DNA of 36,390 nt from Chryseobacterium gleum (GTDB lineage: Bacteria > Bacteroidota > Bacteroidia > Flavobacteriales_D > Sanyastnellaceae). Below are positions 1-8,877 of this stretch, piece by piece. The position numbers were made by a program, and so were the translations under genes. Within the stretch, counting starts at the first letter, position 1; the number at the start of each line of letters is the position of its first letter. The stretch spans positions 1-36,390 of the forward strand of contig CAMDFE010000001.1 of the NCBI GenBank assembly GCA_945897395.1, given 5' to 3'. The notes under the pieces were generated by a model, which made no database searches, was not told the origin of the DNA, and saw only the letters and a program-made list of their open reading frames with translations.

Positions 1-636
1 AATACGTTCGGATTTGCAGGGGATAACCAGTGCTTGATTCCGTTGACGAATGTTCGCAAGACCTTTGGCGATGAGAATTCGGAATATCAGATTAGCATTG
101 CAGTGAAAACAGCTGCACAATTGGAGGCAGCCACAGAACTTGCTGTTGAAGCCATGCGTGTAGCGCGTTCCGACGGTCCGGGCGAGGATAATTCGTTCGA
201 AGTGAATATGAGCAATGGACTTGTAGAAAAGCTCATGGGTTTGATTTCAGGAATTACCTTAGGAGGAATTTGTATTGGAATAATTACGCTCATTAGCGCA
301 GGAATTGGTCTTATGAATATTATGCTTGTTTCTGTTACTGAGAGAACGCGTGAGATCGGTGTTCGCAAATCCATTGGGGCTAGTGCGAAGATTATTCAGC
401 AACAGTTTTTAATTGAGGCTGTTGTCATTGGACAGATAGGCGGAATAATAGGAATTGTTTTAGGTGTGCTTGTGGGCAACATTGTTTCATTGGTCATTGG
501 GGTTGGCTTTACCATTCCTTGGCTTTGGTTGCTCTTGGGAGCAACGATTTCCTTTATCGTTTCGGTGGCTTCGGGATATTATCCGGCCAAGAAGGCCTCG
601 AAGCTTGATCCGATTGAAGCACTTCGATACGAATAA
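1..636 (+). CDS. ABC transporter permease, FtsX/MacB family (5'-partial; C-terminal part only)
   Basis: Frame 1 is open from base 1 to the TAA at 634-636, so the gene begins upstream of the window and the TTG at 34 in the ORF track is an artefact. The C-terminus is hydrophobic with multiple TM segments and ends ...GYYPAKKASKLDPIEALRYE, typical of FtsX/MacB/LolE-type permeases. Confidence 0.8.
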   Translation, partial: NTFGFAGDNQCLIPLTNVRKTFGDENSEYQISIAVKTAAQLEAATELAVEAMRVARSDGPGEDNSFEVNMSNGLVEKLMGLISGITLGGICIGIITLISAGIGLMNIMLVSVTERTREIGVRKSIGASAKIIQQQFLIEAVVIGQIGGIIGIVLGVLVGNIVSLVIGVGFTIPWLWLLLGATISFIVSVASGYYPAKKASKLDPIEALRYE

Positions 637-640
637 AAAA

Positions 641-660
641 AGGCCACCCGAAGGTGGCCT
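641..660. terminator. Bidirectional rho-independent terminator between convergent genes
   Basis: Perfect hairpin AGGCCACC-CGAA-GGTGGCCT. An A-run lies 5' and T-rich sequence 3' on the + strand, which gives a T-run on the - strand. It sits between the stop at 634-636 (+) and the stop at 682-684 (-). Confidence 0.6.
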
Positions 661-681
661 TATCATTTCAACAAGAAAATA

Positions 682-2622
682 TTATTTCTTAACTGAAAGT
701 GTTTTAGTGAACATTCTTGCTCCACCAATTACTAAAGAAACTTCGTAGTTTCCAGCATTCAAGCCAGCAACATTTAATTCGAAGTTGTTCATTCCTGGAG
801 TGTATTTACCTAAGTTTTTGAACTCGATTAATTTTCCGGTGATGTCACGAACTTCGTAAGCAACGTTTGCAACAGAAGTTAACTCGAAATTAACGCGAGT
901 TGAAGTTACAGCTGGGTTTGGAGCGAATTGGAAGAAAGTAAGGTTGTCAGAGTTGATTTCGTCTACAGCTACACGCTCAGAAAGAATCAAGCGAACAGCA
1001 GGAGAGAAGCTTTGACTTCCGAACCAAACGAATGAACCGTCACCAGCCATTTCGTAAACAGCTGTTGAATTATCTGTGTCACTGTTGTCTTCAGCAGCAA
1101 CGGTTAATTGCAATGCACTTGTGTTTTCGTTCAACACACCGTTGAAGTAAACAGTACCAGGAAGAAGATCTACTGGAGCATCGAATGGGAAGTATTGATA
1201 ACCGTTGTCGATCCATCCCGCATTCAAAACATAATCTTGAGAAGCAAGAACCGCAGCGTCGTTAGGACTTCCTTCGAACAATACAGCAGTGTAATCAACA
1301 TCAGCATCAGACGTTGGTCCGAAAACTACCGTTAATCCGTGCGCCATTGAACCAGCATTTGGACAAGTAAAGAATGCACCGTATCCGGTTGGATCAAACT
1401 CGCCTGGACTTGAATCGCTATCACGTGGAGTTAATTCAATGTCTAAGTTAGCTTCGTCTTCATGTCCGTATTCGTCAGTAGAGTACACAATGATTTTATC
1501 CATCGTGTTGTTAGCTGAAGTCTCATCTGTTGCGTCTAAGCAAAGAATGCTTGCTCGAACAGTATATGTTCCAACGGCACTTGGCTCCCAACCTGTTTGG
1601 ATGTACAAAGTATCGTTAAGGAATGAAGGACACTCTAGAGTGTTACCGAAAGCTTCCATAGTGAAAGGGCTAGAAACTGCGTTTCCAACGATAGCTCCAG
1701 AACCATCTAAAATATCAATGTTTATTGAAGTGTTAGTTTGATCAGCGCTTCCGTTGTTGCGGTAAATAACACCAGCAAGTAAACCACCATCAACAGCATA
1801 GGTGCGTTGCTCGAAAGGAGTAACACGGTATTCCCAAATCCCGAAAACGTCTCCGTTTGTAACCTGAAGAATTTCAAGATCATTTATTGATGAGTTATCG
1901 AAAATTTCAATATCATCGATTCCCCAGAAGTAGTGGCTATAACCCGCTGCAGCAGCAGTGTTATATCCCCAACGAACCAATACGTTCGATTGTCCTGCAG
2001 CAGCGCAAGAAATGTCAACACGAGTGTTCAACGGGTTTGCAGAAAGTGAATTTGCACTTGGATTGAAGCTTCCGTTTGCAGGAAAAACAGTCCAGTTGGT
2101 TCCTCCGTCTGTAGAAACTTCTAACGTCAAAGGAGACGCAGAGAAGCAGCAATAACGGAAGTACTGTGACCATTCAACAACTACAGAAGCCAAGGCACTG
2201 CAATCGATAGATGGAGTAGACATGCTGCCTGTAACGTCTTCAACACCATCAGAAACAGGAGTGTTGTAAAGATCACAATCGAAAATTGCCCATCCGTTCG
2301 CAGCAGTAGGAGATGCTAAAGCTGGTAATGTGGTAGAGAATTCTCCAGCAGGTGAGCTGGCATTTGCTACCATCCAAATGGTTCCAGCAGGGCTGCTGTC
2401 TTCGTGAGTCATATCGCCAAATCCAGCAGAGAAGTTCTGGCTGTATACAACAACACGATCGTTGCTTGTAGTTGGAGTCGTTGCAGTAGCGTGCGCAGAA
2501 CGTTCCAATTCAGTGTTTGAAGGAGCCTTTGGAGCAGCTTTAATGTCTGTCAATGGCGTTGTTTGCGCCGTTGCAGAAAAAGCTAAACCAATTGCACCGC
2601 AAAGAGTAAAAAGTTTTTTCAT
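682..2622 (-). CDS. Secreted T9SS cargo protein of unknown function (signal peptide, MAM-like/beta-sandwich N-terminal region, T9SS C-terminal sorting domain)
   Basis: I placed the start at the internal ATG (2620-2622), giving MKKLFTLCGAIGLAFSATAQ, a classic signal peptide. The 15-codon upstream extension in the ORF track is not signal-like. The C-terminus ...FAPNPAVTSTRVNFELTSVANVAYEVRDITGKLI...GNYEVSLVIGGARMFTKTLSVKK matches the T9SS (Por) C-terminal sorting domain pattern. Confidence 0.75.
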   Translation of the reverse strand: MKKLFTLCGAIGLAFSATAQTTPLTDIKAAPKAPSNTELERSAHATATTPTTSNDRVVVYSQNFSAGFGDMTHEDSSPAGTIWMVANASSPAGEFSTTLPALASPTAANGWAIFDCDLYNTPVSDGVEDVTGSMSTPSIDCSALASVVVEWSQYFRYCCFSASPLTLEVSTDGGTNWTVFPANGSFNPSANSLSANPLNTRVDISCAAAGQSNVLVRWGYNTAAAAGYSHYFWGIDDIEIFDNSSINDLEILQVTNGDVFGIWEYRVTPFEQRTYAVDGGLLAGVIYRNNGSADQTNTSINIDILDGSGAIVGNAVSSPFTMEAFGNTLECPSFLNDTLYIQTGWEPSAVGTYTVRASILCLDATDETSANNTMDKIIVYSTDEYGHEDEANLDIELTPRDSDSSPGEFDPTGYGAFFTCPNAGSMAHGLTVVFGPTSDADVDYTAVLFEGSPNDAAVLASQDYVLNAGWIDNGYQYFPFDAPVDLLPGTVYFNGVLNENTSALQLTVAAEDNSDTDNSTAVYEMAGDGSFVWFGSQSFSPAVRLILSERVAVDEINSDNLTFFQFAPNPAVTSTRVNFELTSVANVAYEVRDITGKLIEFKNLGKYTPGMNNFELNVAGLNAGNYEVSLVIGGARMFTKTLSVKK

Positions 2623-2685
2623 CTTATCAGGTTTAATTTTAGGATGTGAAGGTAAGAAATCTTTCATTAGTCAAATCCATTGAGC

Positions 2686-2720
2686 AAAAAAAAAGTCCCG
2701 CACAATGCGGGACTTTTTCT
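2686..2720 (-). terminator. Rho-independent terminator of the 2741..4636 gene
   Basis: Hairpin GTCCCGCA-CAA-TGCGGGAC (2695-2713). The A9 run at 2686-2694 becomes a T9 run directly after the stem on the - strand. Confidence 0.7.
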
Positions 2721-2740
2721 ATTCATTGAAAGTAAGTGAA

Positions 2741-4636
2741 TTATTTCACCATCATTTCTTTTGTCAAACTTGAAGAACCTGCAGTAATCGTGTAAGTGTA
2801 AACACCCGCACCGAAAGCTGAAGTATTCAAAGAGATCATGTTTTTACCAGCTGGCTTAACACCTTCGTTTGATACAGAAACAACTCGTCCAGTTAGATCG
2901 CGAACTGTTAAAGTTACACGCTCGTTGCTTGGAAGGTTGTAAACGATTGTTGTGTTGCCGTTAGATGGGTTAGGCATGTTTTGACCTAATTCGAATCCAG
3001 CAGCTCCGTTAACTGAAGCAACTGAAGCAGTTTCGTCAGAGTTCAAACGAACCATCGGAACAGAACCAGTAGCGCCCCAAGCAGTACCGTCATACAACCA
3101 AGAAACAACCCACTCGTTGCTTCCAGAAACGGGAATACGTGTGCCAGTTACACATGAAACAACCACTAAATAAACGTTGTCTGCGTTAAGGGTTACAGGT
3201 GAAGCGAAAGGAAGGGTTACGAAAGCATTTCCACCAACACTGTTGAATTCGTTACCAGTGAAGACGTACTCCAATGTCTCGATACCCATGTCAGTGAAAA
3301 TTGGATCACTGTTAGCGTCGAATCCTTCCCAAAGGTAGATACGTCCAAGAATTGGGTCACCAGCAGCTGAACCCGCTCCGATTGCAACGTCAATACCACC
3401 GAATTCATCGTCAGCATAAATATCAAACAAGTTACCCACTTCGAAATCTGATGCAGGACCCATGAACGCTTGTGCAGCATCTGCATCGCGACCATAAGTG
3501 AAATCGGTAATTTGCATTGTTGCAGCACCGGTGTTGTTTGAAGCAACATCATCTCCAGTAGTTGAAGAGGAAGTCGCTGTAACTTGAATAGTACCTAAAG
3601 CACTTGGAGTCCAAGTTGTAGATACAGAGATAGTGTCTTTGTCAAGAGATAAGAAAGCAGCAGATGTTTGATCAGCTGCGAAAGGAGAACCAGCAACAGG
3701 TGTTCCGTTGAAAGTTACTTCGTAGCTCATAGTAGCGTCTGCTTGATCGTTAGTACCTCCGTTGAAGATAACTGAAGTTGCGTGAACAGGGCTAACTTGA
3801 GTAAGAGGTACTCTGTTGTAATCCCAAAATCCTAAACCGAAGTTTAATTGGTTCCAGTCACCAGTTTTAGTCTTTACCACACGGATATCGCTAGCAGGTA
3901 ATTCACCAACGATAACGTTGTCAACTGCAAGTCCTGAAGCCCATGATCCAGCATCAGTCCATTGGAAACGAATGATTACGTTGGCTGCTGTTACATCATA
4001 CAATGGAACAATGATAGACTGCCAGTAATCTTGATCTGTTGGGAATACATCAATGCTTGCACCGGTTTCATCAATTCCAATAGAGCGGATGTTGAAGGTA
4101 GCACCACCATCTGTAGAGATTTGCAATGTAGCATCACCACCACCGAAGTTCATGTCGTGGAAAATATCAAATGAAATCGCAATGTTAGTTGCCGCAGAAA
4201 AGTCCATAGAAGGGGACTGAACATACGCATCAACCATATCGCAATCGCATGGTGTATCGTCGTCATTCGCTCCAGCAAATTTGTTTCCTGTTCCAATTTG
4301 TGGAACTGGCCAGTAACCGCCACCGTTAGCAGTTGCGCTGGTGTGTGTTTTGAAACCATTTCCGTTTGAGCCGTCAGCCTGAACAACTAAACCTGTAGAC
4401 CATCCTGTTGGCAATGCTCCTGGCATTGCACCCATAACTCCTTGGAAATCTTCCGTAAGGAGGGTAACACGGTTGCTCCAGTCAGCAGATGGTGCCATCT
4501 CTTGACGGATAGTAGCTTTTGGAGAAATTTCACTTCTTGTGAAAGTTCTGCGCGCTGGTGATTGTTGCACTGACCATTGTGCGAATGATACACTCGCTAA
4601 AGTTGTGAACAAACCTAATAAGTAGATTTTCTTCAT
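2741..4636 (-). CDS. Secreted T9SS cargo protein of unknown function, paralogous in architecture to 682..2622
   Basis: N-terminal signal peptide MKKIYLLGLFTTLASVSFAQ. C-terminus ...GQNMPNPSNGNTTIVYNLPSNERVTLTVRDLTGRVV...GVYTYTITAGSSSLTKEMMVK is a T9SS C-terminal sorting domain. The middle region is rich in T, S, G, D and N. Confidence 0.8.
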   Translation of the reverse strand: MKKIYLLGLFTTLASVSFAQWSVQQSPARRTFTRSEISPKATIRQEMAPSADWSNRVTLLTEDFQGVMGAMPGALPTGWSTGLVVQADGSNGNGFKTHTSATANGGGYWPVPQIGTGNKFAGANDDDTPCDCDMVDAYVQSPSMDFSAATNIAISFDIFHDMNFGGGDATLQISTDGGATFNIRSIGIDETGASIDVFPTDQDYWQSIIVPLYDVTAANVIIRFQWTDAGSWASGLAVDNVIVGELPASDIRVVKTKTGDWNQLNFGLGFWDYNRVPLTQVSPVHATSVIFNGGTNDQADATMSYEVTFNGTPVAGSPFAADQTSAAFLSLDKDTISVSTTWTPSALGTIQVTATSSSTTGDDVASNNTGAATMQITDFTYGRDADAAQAFMGPASDFEVGNLFDIYADDEFGGIDVAIGAGSAAGDPILGRIYLWEGFDANSDPIFTDMGIETLEYVFTGNEFNSVGGNAFVTLPFASPVTLNADNVYLVVVSCVTGTRIPVSGSNEWVVSWLYDGTAWGATGSVPMVRLNSDETASVASVNGAAGFELGQNMPNPSNGNTTIVYNLPSNERVTLTVRDLTGRVVSVSNEGVKPAGKNMISLNTSAFGAGVYTYTITAGSSSLTKEMMVK

Positions 4637-4675
4637 GTATTTAAATTTAAGTTAACTTTTAAGGTTACGAATATA

Positions 4676-4704
4676 AGAAAAATCTCGTTTGTCATTGCAA
4701 ACGA
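4676..4704 (-). terminator. Probable rho-independent terminator of tatC
   Basis: Hairpin TCGTTTG-N6-CAAACGA at 4685-4704, followed on the - strand by GATTTTTC. It lies 20 nt downstream of the tatC stop. Confidence 0.45.
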
Positions 4705-4724
4705 AAATCAATTGTAAATTGGAA

Positions 4725-5519
4725 TTACCCTTTCTTTTTCTCCACGCGTTGAGCAACACGGATACTTATTTCATAAAGCAACAGCAACGGCAGCGAAACA
4801 AGCATTTGACTCGTCACGTCTGGAGGAGTAATAATTGCGCTTACAATAAGGTTAATTACAAACGCGTGTCTTCTGTATTTTTTGAGGAAGGCGGAACTGA
4901 CTAAACCAATTTTCGCTAGGAAGTAAATCACTACGGGCATCTGGAAAACTAGCCCCGTTCCGAGAATGAGTGAAGAGCACAGTTTCAAATAAGACAATAC
5001 GGTTGCATTTACTTCGACATCTGCAAAAGCAAAGTTTCCTAAAAATTGAATAGAAAGCGGTGTCAAAACATAATAGCCGAACAGCACCCCGAGAAAAAAT
5101 AACAAGGATACATAGAAGCCAATACCGCGGGCAGATTTAAGCTCAGTCTTTTTCAACCCGGGTCTCACAAAGGCCCAAAGCTGATAAAAGATTGCGGGAA
5201 AGGCGAGAATGACTCCTCCAATTAAAACCACCGTCATGTAGGCAGAAAAGTTCCCGCCCATTGTCGTGCTCTGAAGTGTGAAGTTAGCATCTGAAAAGCA
5301 GAGCTGATCTTCCAAACCTAAGTTATGGCCAAGCCAGCAAAAGAAACGGTATGTTGGGAAATCGGCTCTTCGAGGAGCCATAATGATATTTTCAATAACA
5401 TAAGTGTCGAAAATAAATACAACCACAACTCCTGCAACAGCAAACAAAACCGCTCGAAACAATCTTTTTCTAAGTTCCTCAAGATGCTCCAAGAAGCTCA
5501 TGTTTTTCTCTTCAGCCAT
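4725..5519 (-). CDS. tatC: Twin-arginine translocase subunit TatC
   Basis: The N-terminus ...MSFLEHLEELRKRLFRAV... is the canonical TatC opening motif. The protein is 264 aa with about six hydrophobic segments. Confidence 0.9.
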   Translation of the reverse strand: MAEEKNMSFLEHLEELRKRLFRAVLFAVAGVVVVFIFDTYVIENIIMAPRRADFPTYRFFCWLGHNLGLEDQLCFSDANFTLQSTTMGGNFSAYMTVVLIGGVILAFPAIFYQLWAFVRPGLKKTELKSARGIGFYVSLLFFLGVLFGYYVLTPLSIQFLGNFAFADVEVNATVLSYLKLCSSLILGTGLVFQMPVVIYFLAKIGLVSSAFLKKYRRHAFVINLIVSAIITPPDVTSQMLVSLPLLLLYEISIRVAQRVEKKKG

Positions 5520-5524
5520 CTCGA

Positions 5525-6493
5525 TTAATTAATGCCAGCACTCAGAAGATCGTGCAAATGAATAATGCCACAATACTTTCCATTTTCGTTCACCACAAGC
5601 AATTGGCTAATCTTGTTGTTTTCCATCAATTGAAAACCTTCAACGGCTAAAGCCGAACTCTGAATTCTTTTGGCAGATGTGTTCATTAAGTCGGATGCGC
5701 GCAATGCATCTAAATTCACGTTACGCTCTACTGCTCTTCGAATATCACCGTCTGTAACGATCCCCAACAGCACGTCGTTTTCTACCACAGCAGTGGCTCC
5801 AGCACGCTTGGAAGATATCTCCATGAGCAAGTCACGGAAGTTACAGTCTGAAGAAACCTGAGGAAGCGCATCTGCGCGCATCACTTGTCCAATGGTTGTA
5901 AAAAGTTTTTTTCCAAGGGCACCTCCGGGATGGAATTTTGCAAAATCGAGTTTGCTAAATCCTCTTTCCGTCATAAGTGAGACAGCAATTGCGTCGCCTA
6001 CGGCCAATTGAAGTGTCGTGCTCACGGTTGGAGCTAAATTATTCGGACAAGCTTCGCTTGTCATGGGGGTATGTAAAAAGTAAGTCGACTCTTTCGCCAG
6101 AAAACTCTCGGTATTAGCACCTACTCCCACTAACTGAACATTCATAGATTTCAACAAGGAAACCAAATATTGAATTTCAGGAGAGTCTCCGCTTTTCGAT
6201 AAGCAAAAGACAATGCTATTGTTTTGAACCATTCCCAAATCGCCATGAATGGCTTCAGAGGCATGTAAAAACTGAGCGGGTTGCCCGGTGCTATTAAAAG
6301 TGGCCACCCATTTTTGAGCAATTATTCCGCTCTTGCCGATTCCGGTTACAATGATCGGTTGCTCAGTTTCGAGGACAGCCATTACAACAGATACAAAGGC
6401 GCTGTCTAGCGACATTCCCAATGTGGAAATCGCATCTGCTTCTAATCGAATGGCTTCTTTCGCCGAGTCTAAAATTGAAGTGTTTGAGGTCAT
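5525..6493 (-). CDS. kpsF: KpsF/GutQ-family arabinose-5-phosphate isomerase (SIS domain plus tandem CBS domains)
   Basis: SIS motifs (VTGIGKSGIIAQK..., ...LSKSGDSPE...) are followed by a CBS pair (...VVENDVLLGIVTDGDIRR..., ...LLVVNENGKYCGIIHLHDLL). The start is set at the ATG at 6491-6493 (MTSNTSILDSAKEAI...). The 25-codon basic upstream extension in the ORF track is unlikely to be coding. Confidence 0.85.
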   Translation of the reverse strand: MTSNTSILDSAKEAIRLEADAISTLGMSLDSAFVSVVMAVLETEQPIIVTGIGKSGIIAQKWVATFNSTGQPAQFLHASEAIHGDLGMVQNNSIVFCLSKSGDSPEIQYLVSLLKSMNVQLVGVGANTESFLAKESTYFLHTPMTSEACPNNLAPTVSTTLQLAVGDAIAVSLMTERGFSKLDFAKFHPGGALGKKLFTTIGQVMRADALPQVSSDCNFRDLLMEISSKRAGATAVVENDVLLGIVTDGDIRRAVERNVNLDALRASDLMNTSAKRIQSSALAVEGFQLMENNKISQLLVVNENGKYCGIIHLHDLLSAGIN

Positions 6494-6645
6494 TTTCACT
6501 TTGCAAAGATGCAAAGAATCGGTAGTTTTTTGAGGTCTTTTTTTTCGATCGAATTTGTTGGTGTGCATGTGCTTTTGTGCTTATATTCGTTAAGCCAAGT
6601 TTACAGAGACGTTACTTTTTCATAACGTTCAATTACTAAAAGATA

Positions 6646-8850
6646 ATGATTACAGCGACAGATATGGCTCCGAAAGAAGCCTTAAAGTATTTTTTTGGAT
6701 TTTCAAACTTTAAAGGCCTGCAGGAAGGCGTTATTGACAATGTGCTTGCAGGAAATGACACCTTCGTGATTATGCCTACAGGAGGAGGGAAGTCTCTGTG
6801 CTACCAGCTTCCTGCTCTTATGTCGGAAGGAACAGCTATTGTGGTTTCGCCTTTGATTGCCTTGATGAAAAATCAGGTAGATGCTATGCGAGGATTTTCA
6901 AATGAAGATGGTATAGCGCACGTCATTAATTCTTCATTGAATAAAAGCGAGATTGCTCAAGTAAAGAAGGACATGCTCAGCGGCAAGACCAAGCTTCTGT
7001 ATGTGGCCCCAGAGTCTTTAACAAAAGAAGAGAATATTGAATTTCTTAGAACCTGTAAAATTTCTTTTGTAGCTATTGATGAAGCGCATTGTATTTCAGA
7101 ATGGGGACACGATTTCCGTCCTGAATACAGAAGAATCAAAACCATTATTCAGCAAATTGCTGATTTACCTGTAATGGCATTAACCGCAACGGCTACCCCT
7201 AAGGTTCAGATAGATATTCAGAAGAACCTTGGAATGGTTGATGCGAAAGTCTTTAAGTCTTCTTTCAACCGTGATAATCTGTACTACGAAGTACGCCCTA
7301 AAGTAAGCGTTGGAAAACAGATCATTCAATTCGTAAAAGGGAATGCCGGTAAAAGCGGGATAGTATATTGCCTGTCTCGGAAGAAGACCGAGGAGATTGC
7401 AGAGCTGCTCGTAGCTAACGGAATTAAAGCGCTGTCATATCATGCTGGAATGGACAGCCATCAGCGGAACGACGTTCAAGATAAATTCCTAATGCAGGAT
7501 GTAGATGTTATTGTTGCAACTATCGCGTTTGGAATGGGGATCGATAAACCCGATGTGAGATTCGTTATTCACCATGATATTCCAAAAAGTTTAGAGAGTT
7601 ATTATCAAGAAACGGGTCGCGCAGGAAGAGATGGTGGTGAAGGGCATTGTTTGGCTTTTTACTCTCCGAAGGACGTTGAGAAATTAGAGAAGTTTCTGCA
7701 CGGTAAACCTGTTGCAGAGCAGGAAATAGGAATGTTGCTTCTTCAGGAAGTAATGGCTTACGCGGAAACAGCGATGAGCCGAAGAAAATATTTGCTTCAC
7801 TATTTTGGTGAAGAATGGGATGATGTTACCGGTGAAGGGGCAGGCATGGACGATAACTCGCGCAAGCCGAAAGAAATATTCGATGCTACGGAAGATGTGA
7901 AATTGGTTTTGGAATGCATAAAAGCATTTAAAGAGACCCACAAAGCGAAATTTATTGCGAATGTATTGGGCGGGCTTAATAACGCTGAGGTGTCGACTTA
8001 CAAAGCAGATAAGCACAAGTTGTTTGGAGCCGGAAAAGAAGATACCGATAAGCATTGGAACGCCATTATGCGTCAGCTCTTGGTGAAGAATCTCATTCGT
8101 AAGGAAATTGAAACCTACGGAACGTTGAAGCTTACGCCTGATGGATTGGAATTTTTGAAGACTCCTTTCAAAATGGATTTAGTGAAGGAAGAAGAGATAG
8201 GAGAAACAGATGACGATGGTGAATTGATTCATGCAGTGAAGGCGACCGGTTCAGGAGCATCCGACGAAACGTTGTTCCTAATGCTGAAAGAATTGCGTCA
8301 GAAAGTTTCAAAGGAAAAAGGACTACCACCCTATGTGATTTTTTCGGAACCTTCTATGGAGGAAATGGCTACACAATATCCAATTACCATTGATGAGCTT
8401 TCGCACATTGGAGGAGTAGGGAAAGGTAAGGCGTTGAAATTCGGTTCTGCGTTTTTAGTACTTATTAAAAAACATGTTGAAGACAATGATATTGAACGTC
8501 CAGAGGATTTTGTTTTGAAGAGTGCACATGCGAAAAGCAGTCACAAGATTAAGATCATTCAAAATGTAGATAAGCGTATTCCGCTTTTCGATATTGCGAA
8601 GGGAATTGGTAAAACATATCCAGATTTAATTGACGAGATTGAAACCATCGTTCATTCTGGAACACGCTTAGATATTCAATATTTCATAGATGATGAAATA
8701 GATGAAGATTCCCAAGATGAAATCATGGATTACTTCATGCAATCTGAAACAGATGATATTTTAGAAGCCGAAGAGTATTTCGACGGTGATTACGAAGAGG
8801 GAATCCTGCGCTTGATGCGTATTAAGTTTCATTCAGAAATAGGGAATTAA
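6646..8850 (+). CDS. recQ: ATP-dependent DNA helicase RecQ
   Basis: Helicase motifs are present: PTGGGKSLCYQLPAL, DEAHCISEWGHDFRPEY, TATAT and VIHHDIPKSLESYYQETGRAGRDG. A C-terminal RQC/HRDC-like region follows (...LRQKVSKEKGLPPYVIFSEPSMEEMA...). The alternative start at 6664 (MAPKE...) cannot be excluded. Confidence 0.92.
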   Translation: MITATDMAPKEALKYFFGFSNFKGLQEGVIDNVLAGNDTFVIMPTGGGKSLCYQLPALMSEGTAIVVSPLIALMKNQVDAMRGFSNEDGIAHVINSSLNKSEIAQVKKDMLSGKTKLLYVAPESLTKEENIEFLRTCKISFVAIDEAHCISEWGHDFRPEYRRIKTIIQQIADLPVMALTATATPKVQIDIQKNLGMVDAKVFKSSFNRDNLYYEVRPKVSVGKQIIQFVKGNAGKSGIVYCLSRKKTEEIAELLVANGIKALSYHAGMDSHQRNDVQDKFLMQDVDVIVATIAFGMGIDKPDVRFVIHHDIPKSLESYYQETGRAGRDGGEGHCLAFYSPKDVEKLEKFLHGKPVAEQEIGMLLLQEVMAYAETAMSRRKYLLHYFGEEWDDVTGEGAGMDDNSRKPKEIFDATEDVKLVLECIKAFKETHKAKFIANVLGGLNNAEVSTYKADKHKLFGAGKEDTDKHWNAIMRQLLVKNLIRKEIETYGTLKLTPDGLEFLKTPFKMDLVKEEEIGETDDDGELIHAVKATGSGASDETLFLMLKELRQKVSKEKGLPPYVIFSEPSMEEMATQYPITIDELSHIGGVGKGKALKFGSAFLVLIKKHVEDNDIERPEDFVLKSAHAKSSHKIKIIQNVDKRIPLFDIAKGIGKTYPDLIDEIETIVHSGTRLDIQYFIDDEIDEDSQDEIMDYFMQSETDDILEAEEYFDGDYEEGILRLMRIKFHSEIGN

Positions 8851-8877
8851 TTCCTTATTTCATTTTTCAATTCTTTC

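Noticed and set aside
2623-2667. N-terminal extensions proposed by the ORF track (also 6494..6568, 28616..28648, 29596..29688 and 33503..33520)
   Set aside because: In each case an internal ATG gives a canonical signal peptide or the conserved family N-terminus, and it removes an overlap with the upstream gene. The extensions are basic or odd sequences with no homology features.
6498-6517. Palindrome CTTTGCAAAG and tandem 8-nt direct repeat TGCAAAGA x2 just upstream of the kpsF start, considered as an operator or duplicated -7 box
   Set aside because: It is very short and could arise by chance. On the - strand it reads TCTTTGCATCTTTGCA, which only partly matches TAnnTTTG. I have no supporting evidence, and it falls inside the rejected N-terminal extension ORF.
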